Shown here: positions 47,208 to 56,345 of the stretch, one piece after another
Position numbering within the stretch: the first letter of the stretch is position 1
How the letters are laid out: each line of letters starts with the position of its first letter
Virus record (IMG/VR): IMGVR_UViG_3300045973_001145
Span: 1-56,859 of that record
Direction: 5' to 3' (one strand)
Origin: a virus
Taxonomy: Duplodnaviria; Caudoviricetes
DNA: 56,859 nucleotides
Translations under genes and position numbers: made by a program
Notes under the pieces: generated by a model
Database searches by the model: none
The model's input: the letters and a program-made list of their open reading frames with translations, nothing else
Told to the model about the DNA's origin: nothing

Positions 47208-50200
47208 TTAATTAAATAGATATTTAATACCAAACATCATTTGCCATCTTGAACTAATACTAGTTGAGTTTTGATATGGTTGAGTAAATGGTGTTGTTCC
47301 TGTTTGGAATGGAAGAGAGAATGAAGGAGTTTTTCCATCAGCAGATAGACCTTCATATTTTATGATATTTGTTGCAGTCGGAATTCTAACTACACCCCAA
47401 TCTCTGTTAATGAAGTTTCCAGCATTAATCATATCCAATGAAAATCTAAGAGTGTTAGTTGAGTTGCCAACTTTAATTTTTAAATCTTGTGTGATATTCA
47501 AATCTAATTTACTATAATAGGGTGCTACAGCGGCATTTCTTTTAGCATATTGACCTCTATGAGTATTCAAATAAGTTGAATTAGAAATAAAAGCGTCCAA
47601 TTGTGACCATATTTGTGCAGATGTTCTTGTATCAGTTGAAGTTCCTGTACCTAAGCCACCAGAACCAACTTTAACTAAATTGATGTCAGTAATAGTTTTT
47701 GGAATATACATCAAGTCATTACCTGAATTACCATCACCATTTAAGTCGCCATTATAAGTATATGAATTTACACCGTTGTTAGCCAATTCATAAATTGCAC
47801 CAACTGATGTAGAAAGATTTTCTCCTTCATTAAGTTTGTATGCAAAATTAGCAATAACTCTATTAGGTTGATAATAAGATGCATAACCTAAATTTACTGA
47901 GTTAGGATCTTGATTAGCAACAGGTGCTGCACTCCATAAGGAAGATGCTGTTGATCCACCTTCTGCGGTGTTCTTAGATACTGAACGGGTGTATGCTACA
48001 CCATAAGATAAATTTTCAGTAGTTCTTTGAACTTTTCCAGTTAAAGTGTAAGTATAACCTTGACTTGAATTGCTCATTAAAATTGCATTACCAATATTAG
48101 GATTAGTCAAAGTTGCTGTTGGCGTTCCACTATAATACTTGTTAGTATTTGCTGTAGTTAAATAACGCATTCTATTATCAACACCACCCAATGCAAATCC
48201 ATTAGATTCATTTAAATTTATGTTAGAATAATAAACTGCATTGATGTCTTGAGTATAATTATATTCAGCACCAATTAGCCAGCCAGCTTCTAATTTCTTA
48301 TCAATAGCTATAGATGATTTCCAAGCTGTTGGATATTTGAAGTTGCTAGATACTAAGGCAGTACTATAAGAAGAATTAGGAGCTCCAGCAGTTGGTAGGT
48401 AAGTTGTAGGATCAGAATTAAATGCAATTTTGCTTTTTGTGAATGAACCAAATTGAATACCATTATTAGATGCCTGATTAGAAATCCAAACGAATGGTGG
48501 AGGTCCTGCAAAAATACCAGATCCGCCTCTTACTTGTAATGTTTTATCGCCAAATGGGTTCCAGTTGAAACCTAATCTTGGTGAAATAATAACATTATTC
48601 ATAGGTGCTTTACCAATATTATAAGTTGAGCCATCTTTGAATTTTAATGCATCAAAGTCTGGATTATCTGTCATTGCTTGTTTGTATAAAGTTTCATCAA
48701 GTCTTAACCCAGCAGTTAAAGTGAAATCATTTGTTACTTTCCATTTATCTTGAATGAACTGAGATAACTCTGTTGAACCTGCATTAGCCCAAGGAAATGC
48801 GCCACCAGGTAAAGCTGAATATTGTAAGTAATATGATTTAGCGTTTGCTGTACCATTTTTTGCTGAATTATAGAAGTCTGTCAAACTATTGAATTGATAA
48901 ACACCTTCATAACCAGGAGCAAATGCATTTTGATATTTCTTAATAGAGTTTTGAGTACCTACTGTTAATTCATGTGAGCCTTTATAATAAGTTAAAATAT
49001 CGTTTAATTGATAAACATCAGTATTTAACTTATTATTATAAGTGTACATTTCATAACCAAATGATGTGTAAATATTACCATTATTTAAAATATCAACCAA
49101 CGGCATTGTTGCACTACTAGAATGAGGCGAACGAAAATCTCTTAATGCGGTATAACCAATTTGTAATTTATTAGATAAACTATTATTAAAATGTGTATTT
49201 AATTCAGCTATTAAAATATTAAAATTGTTATTAATTACATAGCCACTACCAAAGAAAGGCATTGAATATGTACCTGGTTGTCCGCCAGTTGTTTGACCAG
49301 TACCTGGTCTTGAAGTAGATGCATATTGATCAGATGAAGATTTTAAGTAGTTATACTTCAAAGTGAAAGTATTCTTGCTATTAATGTTCCAGTCTAATTT
49401 TGCTGTGATCTTATCAGAATTAGTTTGAAATGAATATCCTTGGAAAGAGCCAGGATCATATCCATATTTAGTTTTTAAGAAACTAGATAAAACTTTCAAA
49501 GTATCTGCGTTTGCCTGAGAATAATTTCCACCAGCAGCATGAGATGCATCAGAAGCTTGCATTGAAGTTGCTGGAGCATTTTGTTTAGATTGTTCACCAC
49601 TTACGAAGAAGAACAATTTATCTTTGATAATTGGACCGCCTAAACTAAATCCTTTGATAGAATAATCAAAAGGAGTTTTTGTAACAGTTGTTGGACCAAC
49701 CTCGTAACCTAAATAATTTTGATTCCTAGAATATTGATAGATACTTCCTATAAATTTGTTTGTACCACTTTTTGTCACTGTGTTAACGCCTGTTCCAGCA
49801 AATCCACCTTGTTTAACATCATAAGGTGACACATTAACCTGAATTTGTTCAATAGCTTCTAATGAAATTGGTTGTGCGCCTGTTTGACCACCTAAGATAG
49901 ATGATAATCCAAATGAATTATTAAAATTAGCGCCATCGACTGTCATGTTATTGTATTGGTTACTTCTACCACCAATATTTAATCCGTTTGATGTTGGTTC
50001 TAATTTTACAAAATCTTGAATTGAACGGTTAATTGTTGGTAAACGATCAACTTGTGTTCTTGTAATTAATTCCTGAGAACCAGTTCTTGAACTACTAAAA
50101 GATTTATCATTAACTGCTGTAACAACAACTTCACCTACTTCTGTAGATTCAACTTTCATTACAAAATTTGCTTTAAAAGTTTGACCTAAATAAAGCATTA

Positions 50201-50474
50201 CATTATCTTGATGTTCTGTTTTTAAACCAACAAAACTAACATCAATTGAATAAGGTCCGCCAATTTTTAAATTTGGTAAATTGTAACGTCCATCATCACG
50301 TGTTGTAGTTCCATACTTTGTACCACTTGGAATGTGAGTTGCAATTACAGTAACATAAGGTAATGCTCCTTCAGTACCAGAAATAACACCCTGAATTTCA
50401 GATGTCGTTTCTTGTGCGTACATAAATAAACTACTAAACGTAAGTAAAAAAAGAAAAATTAATTTTTTAATCAT
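47208..50474 (-). CDS. Oar-like TonB-dependent outer-membrane receptor
   Basis: Signal peptide, carboxypeptidase-regulatory domain, plug (VDGANFNNSFGL, PISLEAIEQIQV, NTVTKSGTN), SPRLGFNW, C-terminal WQMMFGIKYLFN. Confidence 0.92.
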   Translation of the reverse strand: MIKKLIFLFLLTFSSLFMYAQETTSEIQGVISGTEGALPYVTVIATHIPSGTKYGTTTRDDGRYNLPNLKIGGPYSIDVSFVGLKTEHQDNVMLYLGQTFKANFVMKVESTEVGEVVVTAVNDKSFSSSRTGSQELITRTQVDRLPTINRSIQDFVKLEPTSNGLNIGGRSNQYNNMTVDGANFNNSFGLSSILGGQTGAQPISLEAIEQIQVNVSPYDVKQGGFAGTGVNTVTKSGTNKFIGSIYQYSRNQNYLGYEVGPTTVTKTPFDYSIKGFSLGGPIIKDKLFFFVSGEQSKQNAPATSMQASDASHAAGGNYSQANADTLKVLSSFLKTKYGYDPGSFQGYSFQTNSDKITAKLDWNINSKNTFTLKYNYLKSSSDQYASTSRPGTGQTTGGQPGTYSMPFFGSGYVINNNFNILIAELNTHFNNSLSNKLQIGYTALRDFRSPHSSSATMPLVDILNNGNIYTSFGYEMYTYNNKLNTDVYQLNDILTYYKGSHELTVGTQNSIKKYQNAFAPGYEGVYQFNSLTDFYNSAKNGTANAKSYYLQYSALPGGAFPWANAGSTELSQFIQDKWKVTNDFTLTAGLRLDETLYKQAMTDNPDFDALKFKDGSTYNIGKAPMNNVIISPRLGFNWNPFGDKTLQVRGGSGIFAGPPPFVWISNQASNNGIQFGSFTKSKIAFNSDPTTYLPTAGAPNSSYSTALVSSNFKYPTAWKSSIAIDKKLEAGWLIGAEYNYTQDINAVYYSNINLNESNGFALGGVDNRMRYLTTANTNKYYSGTPTATLTNPNIGNAILMSNSSQGYTYTLTGKVQRTTENLSYGVAYTRSVSKNTAEGGSTASSLWSAAPVANQDPNSVNLGYASYYQPNRVIANFAYKLNEGENLSTSVGAIYELANNGVNSYTYNGDLNGDGNSGNDLMYIPKTITDINLVKVGSGGLGTGTSTDTRTSAQIWSQLDAFISNSTYLNTHRGQYAKRNAAVAPYYSKLDLNITQDLKIKVGNSTNTLRFSLDMINAGNFINRDWGVVRIPTATNIIKYEGLSADGKTPSFSLPFQTGTTPFTQPYQNSTSISSRWQMMFGIKYLFN

Positions 50475-50589
50475 ATTATTTACATTTTTTTTTATAATAT
50501 TCCTAAGAATATGTTTTTTTTATAAAAAAAATAGTTGTTTGTTTATATTAAAATTGATATATAATGATTAATTTTTGTTAATTTTACAA

Positions 50590-51792
50590 TTAAATATCAT
50601 TGAGAATCTTAATTGCTTTATTTGCAGCATTTACCCATGAGAATTCGGTTCTTATTAATTCTGAATCTTTAAGTGCGATTTCTTTATATTTCCAATAATT
50701 GGTATAAACATCTCTCATTATTTTTGATAAATCATCAAAATCTGGCTGATAATAATTCCCAACAAATCCTGGTATAGCCTTTTCTCCTAAAATTTTAACT
50801 GGATGCCCTTTACCTTTTGCATATTCTAATTGGGCACTACAATTAGAATATATTGATGGTGTACCACAAGCCATAGCTTCTATTAATGGAAGATTAAACC
50901 CCTCTGATCTTGAACAAGATAAGAAAACATGACCATTTCTTAAATAATTAATATAATCTTGTCTTGCTAAGAAATGAAGAACTTTTAATCTATCATCTTT
51001 AAAATTAAAATGATTTAATCTTTCTTCGGTAGTTTTCATACCATCAACTGCATAATCAGCATTATCCACAGCTAATATAAGATCAACAGGCTCATTTTTA
51101 TTAAATGTTTTAAGGAATGTTTGAATAATTTCAGTTGTTGATTTTCTATATTCCCATCTACCAAAGAGTATAAATTTGAATTTATTATCTTTATACATAT
51201 TTAAATTATAATTAAAATAATCTGGATTAAATATATTACCATCAACAGCTTCAGGTATAACAAAAACTTTATTTGCAGGATAACCTTGATTTATAATACA
51301 TTGTTTTTGCCATTCAGATGGACACCAAAATTGATCAAATTTTTTAAGTATTTCGAAAAAATTATTATCGTATAATGTTGATTCCCAAACATTGTAAGCA
51401 ATTTTGAAACCTTTATATTTTTCCATTTGATGAAAATATGGATGATCTGTTTCACTAAGAATAATATCAATAATATTTTCTTGACTATATTTTTTAAGAT
51501 ATTCATTACCATCATTAATTTCATAATCACAAATTCCTGTATCACAATATAATGTTTGTTCACATAATAATGATCTCTGATAATCAGTTATATACAATTC
51601 GTGTTTATGTGGATCATTATAACGACCATAGATGTTTTTTGGTCCTAAGCCAATCCAACTTTTTCCTATTGTAAAATTTCTAAGTTTTAAATCTATTTTT
51701 TGACTTAATGCTGTGAAAAAATCTCTTGCGTGAGCGTTATAGCCAGTTTGCCCAATAAAGCTTGTGTGACCTTTTACGAAATAATTATTCAT
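50590..51792 (-). CDS. Glycosyltransferase family 4 (GT-B)
   Basis: GRWEYRK, SRSEGFNLPLIEAMACGTP. Confidence 0.88.
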   Translation of the reverse strand: MNNYFVKGHTSFIGQTGYNAHARDFFTALSQKIDLKLRNFTIGKSWIGLGPKNIYGRYNDPHKHELYITDYQRSLLCEQTLYCDTGICDYEINDGNEYLKKYSQENIIDIILSETDHPYFHQMEKYKGFKIAYNVWESTLYDNNFFEILKKFDQFWCPSEWQKQCIINQGYPANKVFVIPEAVDGNIFNPDYFNYNLNMYKDNKFKFILFGRWEYRKSTTEIIQTFLKTFNKNEPVDLILAVDNADYAVDGMKTTEERLNHFNFKDDRLKVLHFLARQDYINYLRNGHVFLSCSRSEGFNLPLIEAMACGTPSIYSNCSAQLEYAKGKGHPVKILGEKAIPGFVGNYYQPDFDDLSKIMRDVYTNYWKYKEIALKDSELIRTEFSWVNAANKAIKILNDI

Positions 51793-52618
51793 TTCTTATG
51801 CTATTTAATTTTTTAAGTTTTTCTTTTCTATAATAAGAGATGCTTCTCGAATTTAATGTGAGATATTGAGAATATGCACTACCAACAGATGCAATACAGT
51901 AATACATTATAATATGATTTCCTTGTGGTGTTTTTATTTCATCAAATTTAATAAATCCATCAGTATCTGTTAATATTAAACAATGTGTACCTATATTTTC
52001 CATATTATTTTTTCTACCCATTAAAATTAATCCATCATCTATGGAATTGTTAATATTATAAGCTATTGTTCCAAGTTGTAAGATTCCATTACCATCATAA
52101 ACATGTTGAATACCAATTAAATAATTAAGAATATATTTATATGTTTTTGAGTTTGATATCATAAAATTTGCTGGACCTATTCTACCATTAACAGCGATAA
52201 AACTACCAGCAGATATAAATTTTGATAATAGTTTTCTTGATGTTAATACTGAATCATCAGTTTTAAAGTATTTTATATTTATATCTAATCTATTATTATC
52301 TAAATTTTCATTTCTATTTTGTTCACCTAATTTAGATATTTCTTCAATAAAATTTTTTTGTATTCCTGAATTTATAAATTTAATATAGTTGCTATGATTA
52401 TCATCTAAATGATCTTGTGATTTAAATCCTAATCTAATATCAGTTTTAAATGTCTTAGTATAAACTTGAAGTCCTACTGTTGTTGAAAGTGATGATGTTT
52501 GAGCTGAAGGATTATTAATTCTATAATCCATATATGATACATCAATTATGCTATTGTTTACTGGTATTATTGTAAAAAAAGTATTGTTTAGTTCTTCAGG
52601 TTTAATATTAGGTATCAT
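51785..52618 (-). CDS. Degenerate T4 gp23-like major capsid protein paralog with RKEKLKKLN tail
   Basis: IIPV..SYMDY, GLQVYTK, RKLLSKFISAGSFIAVNGRIGPANFMISN, ILMGRK, SQYLTL in gp23 order. Confidence 0.65.
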   Translation of the reverse strand: MIPNIKPEELNNTFFTIIPVNNSIIDVSYMDYRINNPSAQTSSLSTTVGLQVYTKTFKTDIRLGFKSQDHLDDNHSNYIKFINSGIQKNFIEEISKLGEQNRNENLDNNRLDINIKYFKTDDSVLTSRKLLSKFISAGSFIAVNGRIGPANFMISNSKTYKYILNYLIGIQHVYDGNGILQLGTIAYNINNSIDDGLILMGRKNNMENIGTHCLILTDTDGFIKFDEIKTPQGNHIIMYYCIASVGSAYSQYLTLNSRSISYYRKEKLKKLNSIRNE

Positions 52619-52679
52619 ATTATTTTTTTATTTAATATATTATTTAAATGTGTTTTTGTTTTTTTAATATATAAAAAAT

Positions 52680-53585
52680 ATGAAAGTAAAAATTATAACC
52701 TGCATTTATTCTAATTTATATGGTACAAACTTTGGAGGAAGAAATGATAGAAATGATCATTATAAATATAGTTTATTGTCAATATTAAAAATAACTGATG
52801 CTGATTTTGTTTGCTATACTTCTAGTTCTGAATATGATTTGTTGTGTGATTTCTTTTATGATAAAAATAAAATAGATAAAAATCATTTAGAGATAAAAAT
52901 ATTTGATCTAGAAAATAATAATTTCAAAGAATTATTAAGTAAATATAAAGATTCGGATAATGTTAAAAAATCTGAAAGATGTTATGAAATTCAATATATG
53001 AAATTCATTTGGCTTACTATGGAAGATATGTCATATGATTATTATTATTGGATAGATGCTGGATTATGTTTTGATGGATTAATACCACAAAAATATTTAA
53101 ATACTGATAATAATAATAAAATTGGATTTAATTCACCGTTATTTAATAATAAATTTCTAAAGAATCTAATTACAATAAGTAAAGATAAATGTATATTTAT
53201 AAGTAAAGAAAATTCTAAATTCTTTTATTCAGATACAGTAACTATGAAACATTATGATAGATATGATTCATCAAGGCATATTATTGGTGGATTATTTGGT
53301 GGAAGAAAAGATATAATGCTTGAAATAATAAAAAAATTCAAATATTACTTAGTGAAAGTAACAATTGAAGATGAAAAATTATATTATGAAGAAGCTATTA
53401 TGTCATTAATGAATTGTAATCATAATGAATTATTTATAACTCTAAATTTTGATACTTGGTATCATCCCGATACTGATTTATATCGTAGTAGAATTATTAA
53501 AAATTTTTCAAAAACTGATAGCAAATTGCTTGATGAATTGAGAAATCACAAAAGTTTCTATAAAATTATAGAAGAGCTACAATAA
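52680..53585 (+). CDS. HtrL/WlaTC-like glycosyltransferase
   Basis: YYYWIDAGL, IIGGLFGG, YEEAIM. Confidence 0.65.
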   Translation: MKVKIITCIYSNLYGTNFGGRNDRNDHYKYSLLSILKITDADFVCYTSSSEYDLLCDFFYDKNKIDKNHLEIKIFDLENNNFKELLSKYKDSDNVKKSERCYEIQYMKFIWLTMEDMSYDYYYWIDAGLCFDGLIPQKYLNTDNNNKIGFNSPLFNNKFLKNLITISKDKCIFISKENSKFFYSDTVTMKHYDRYDSSRHIIGGLFGGRKDIMLEIIKKFKYYLVKVTIEDEKLYYEEAIMSLMNCNHNELFITLNFDTWYHPDTDLYRSRIIKNFSKTDSKLLDELRNHKSFYKIIEELQ

Positions 53586-53625
53586 TCATTTTTGTTTTTT
53601 AATATATAAAAGAAAAAGTACCTTA

Positions 53626-54210
53626 ATGGAAAAATTTACACAAATAGAAGATAAGCCAATTGTACCAGAAGATGAAGTATTATTTAACGGAAATCATATA
53701 GACATGATTAAGTATAAAGATACTGAAATTATGCAAATTGGTGATAAAGTTGCGATACTACCATATTTTAGAGATGAAGCAACATTCTTAATGAGATTAG
53801 AATATACCCCAGCATATCAATATAAAAATCGTGATAAGTCAAATTTGAAAAGAATAACAAATTATTTGACTGTTATTACAGAAGCAATGGAGCAAGGTGA
53901 AACACCTGAGCAAACAATTAGAAGAGGATTATACGAAGAAGGTGGAATAGTTCTAAATAATTTATATCCATTTGAAGTAGAAGGTCCTTTTTTTGTTGAT
54001 AAATTTAGTACAGGACAAATGTATATTTGCTTGTTAGAATTACCTGTAAATTCATTTCGTCAAATTAAACCACCAACAGATGGCTCAAAAAATGAAAAAT
54101 TATCAAAAAATATTATAATTTCAATTGGTGATGTTAATCAAATTGTTAATAATGACTTACTTACTAAATATTTAATTAGTAAATTAATACAAAGAATAGC
54201 AAATACATGA
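53626..54210 (+). CDS. NUDIX hydrolase-like protein
   Basis: EQGETPEQTIRRGLYEEGGI (degenerate Nudix box). Confidence 0.7.
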   Translation: MEKFTQIEDKPIVPEDEVLFNGNHIDMIKYKDTEIMQIGDKVAILPYFRDEATFLMRLEYTPAYQYKNRDKSNLKRITNYLTVITEAMEQGETPEQTIRRGLYEEGGIVLNNLYPFEVEGPFFVDKFSTGQMYICLLELPVNSFRQIKPPTDGSKNEKLSKNIIISIGDVNQIVNNDLLTKYLISKLIQRIANT

Positions 54211-54497
54211 GATATTTAAAAACATTTGAATTATATAATACATCAACAGGAAATTATGTTGATTATAAAGAAGGTGATATTGTTGTTTGTGACGAACCAA
54301 CATCTAATCTTTTTTTAGTAAAAGATAAAAAATATAAGGTTTTAAGAATTTATACTTCAATAGAATATAAAATGATGGGTAAACCTTATTTAATAGTAGA
54401 TGTAGAAGATGTTGAAACTGGTGAAATATCAAAAGGTTGGGAATCAACTAGATTTCACGCAATTGTTGAATTTGATGTGGATAAATATAATTTTTAA
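54207..54497 (+). CDS. Putative head-internal SH3-like protein (MRYLKTFE...DKYNF)
   Basis: Shared terminal motifs. Confidence 0.6.
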   Translation: MRYLKTFELYNTSTGNYVDYKEGDIVVCDEPTSNLFLVKDKKYKVLRIYTSIEYKMMGKPYLIVDVEDVETGEISKGWESTRFHAIVEFDVDKYNF

Positions 54498-54773
54498 TTA
54501 TTTTTTGCATAATGTTTTTTCATCCCTATATTTTATCAAATAAATCATTTTATTTGCATATTTTTCAATTTCTTTATCTGAATCTGATGCTGTCTGTATT
54601 TCCATTTTTATAATATCTTCGTCCATTTCAGCTTTAACAAATTTTGAAGGATTATACTTTGAATCTTCTTCTACTTTTGTTAGCCATGCTTCATTTTCTA
54701 TATTTTTTGACATTAAATTACTTGATAATACTAGTGATAATGCTGCGATTGTAATAATTGTTTTAATTTTCAT
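54498..54773 (-). CDS. Small secreted protein
   Basis: Signal peptide MKIKTIITIAALSLVLS. Confidence 0.6.
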   Translation of the reverse strand: MKIKTIITIAALSLVLSSNLMSKNIENEAWLTKVEEDSKYNPSKFVKAEMDEDIIKMEIQTASDSDKEIEKYANKMIYLIKYRDEKTLCKK

Positions 54774-54952
54774 AATTTGTTTTTTATTTTTATTTGTTTT
54801 ACACTATTAAGACGGCTAAAATACTATAAGTTACTTGATTTACCGTTAAATAAAAGATAAGGTTATCTTAAATTAACATCACCAAAATATGTTTTTTAAC
54901 TATGTTTTTTAACATTAGATGTTTTTTTAAAAAAAATATTAATATATAGAAT

Positions 54953-55138
54953 ATGAAATATTTAAAAACATTTGAAGAAATAACGCCAGTTGAATATGTT
55001 GCGCCACAAGTAGATCATCCATCATATAAAGCTGAGGAAAAAAAGAAAAAAAGAAAAAAAAGTGGTATTGGAATGGAGCCTCTTATGGTTCTACCTAATA
55101 AAACTAAAGATGCAATATCTTTCAAAGCTAAACCTTAA
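54953..55138 (+). CDS. Small basic late protein (MKYLKTFEE)
   Basis: TTAATATATA at 54939-54948; KKKKRKK patch. Confidence 0.6.
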   Translation: MKYLKTFEEITPVEYVAPQVDHPSYKAEEKKKKRKKSGIGMEPLMVLPNKTKDAISFKAKP

Positions 55139-55143
55139 ACAAT

Positions 55144-55518
55144 ATGAAAAACCTTTGGTTAAAATTTAAACGTAGTGATTTTTATAGAACATATAAAGAA
55201 GAAATGATAGTTGTTCCAGCTATATTAATAATCTTTTTTTTATTTAATAGTTTTTTAGTTTATATGTTTCCAAATAGTGCTTTTTTTGATTATTATAGTG
55301 AAATTGAAACATTATTATCTAAAATAGTAGTATTCTTAGTTGCAGTATGGACCGCACGTTTAGCATTAAGAGTATCATTTCCTAAAATGTATAAATTTAT
55401 GCATCAAGAAATATATCATAAATTTGATTCATTACCAATGGATAAAAAAATGCAATATTCTATTATCTATTTGGTTACTTTTATAATTGCAGCAGCATTA
55501 ATATTTAGTAAAATGTAA
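55144..55518 (+). CDS. Putative holin (3 TM)
   Basis: Three hydrophobic segments directly before the endolysin. Confidence 0.5.
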   Translation: MKNLWLKFKRSDFYRTYKEEMIVVPAILIIFFLFNSFLVYMFPNSAFFDYYSEIETLLSKIVVFLVAVWTARLALRVSFPKMYKFMHQEIYHKFDSLPMDKKMQYSIIYLVTFIIAAALIFSKM

Positions 55519-55532
55519 AAAAAATTGTTTAA

Positions 55533-56060
55533 ATGAAATATAGAATTGTATTTACTTTTATATTTATGCTCATATTTGGAGTATTAGACTCTGAAAATTT
55601 AGAGCTACGTAATAAATTGATAGTATCTATTGAATCTCAACTAAATGTTCGTGAAACGACACCAAATAGAGGTCCTATGGTTGATAAATATCTTAAAGAA
55701 GTAGGTGCTGATTATGGTAATCCTTGGTGTGGAGCATTTGTTGGTTATAATTTAACTGCATATAAAATAAAAAACCCTAATAGTGCATGGTCACCAAATT
55801 ATGCTAAGCCAATTGATATTATATGGAAAGCAAAACGAAAAAATAATAAAACACCATTAGCTGGAGATGTTGTAACTTATTATTATCCAAATCTTGGTAG
55901 AGTTGGTCATGTTGGATTTTTTGTAAAATTAGATAAAGATGGATATTTTATCACAATTGAAGGCAATACAAATGGTAGTGGTGGTCGTGAAGGTGATGGT
56001 GTTTATAAAAAGAAAAGAGATCCAGATAAAGTATTTGCTGTTTCTAGATATATAAAATAA
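55533..56060 (+). CDS. CHAP-domain endolysin with N-terminal signal/SAR
   Basis: NPWCGAFV, GHVGF, TIEGNT. Confidence 0.85.
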   Translation: MKYRIVFTFIFMLIFGVLDSENLELRNKLIVSIESQLNVRETTPNRGPMVDKYLKEVGADYGNPWCGAFVGYNLTAYKIKNPNSAWSPNYAKPIDIIWKAKRKNNKTPLAGDVVTYYYPNLGRVGHVGFFVKLDKDGYFITIEGNTNGSGGREGDGVYKKKRDPDKVFAVSRYIK

Positions 56061-56061
56061 T

Positions 56062-56319
56062 TTAATTTATTTTGGAAAGTTGTTCTAATTTTATTTTTCG
56101 TTCTTCTCTTATATCATAAAAATAATTGTAAAAATAATATTCATTTTCACCAATAAAATCCTCTATAAAATCTTTTGATGTATTTAACCTAAATCTATAA
56201 GGATAATCATTTTGTATTGTTATAAAATCATTTTGTTCAAACACAGAAGCAATAGAAATGACTTCATAATATTTACCTTTTTTAAATTTTTGACAATTAT
56301 TTTTACAATATACTTTCAT
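56062..56319 (-). CDS. Small SH3-like protein with RKxKL tail
   Basis: VYCK...KGKYYEV; ERKIKLEQLS. Confidence 0.6.
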   Translation of the reverse strand: MKVYCKNNCQKFKKGKYYEVISIASVFEQNDFITIQNDYPYRFRLNTSKDFIEDFIGENEYYFYNYFYDIREERKIKLEQLSKIN

Positions 56320-56345
56320 GAAAATATATATTAAAAAAAGTGGTA

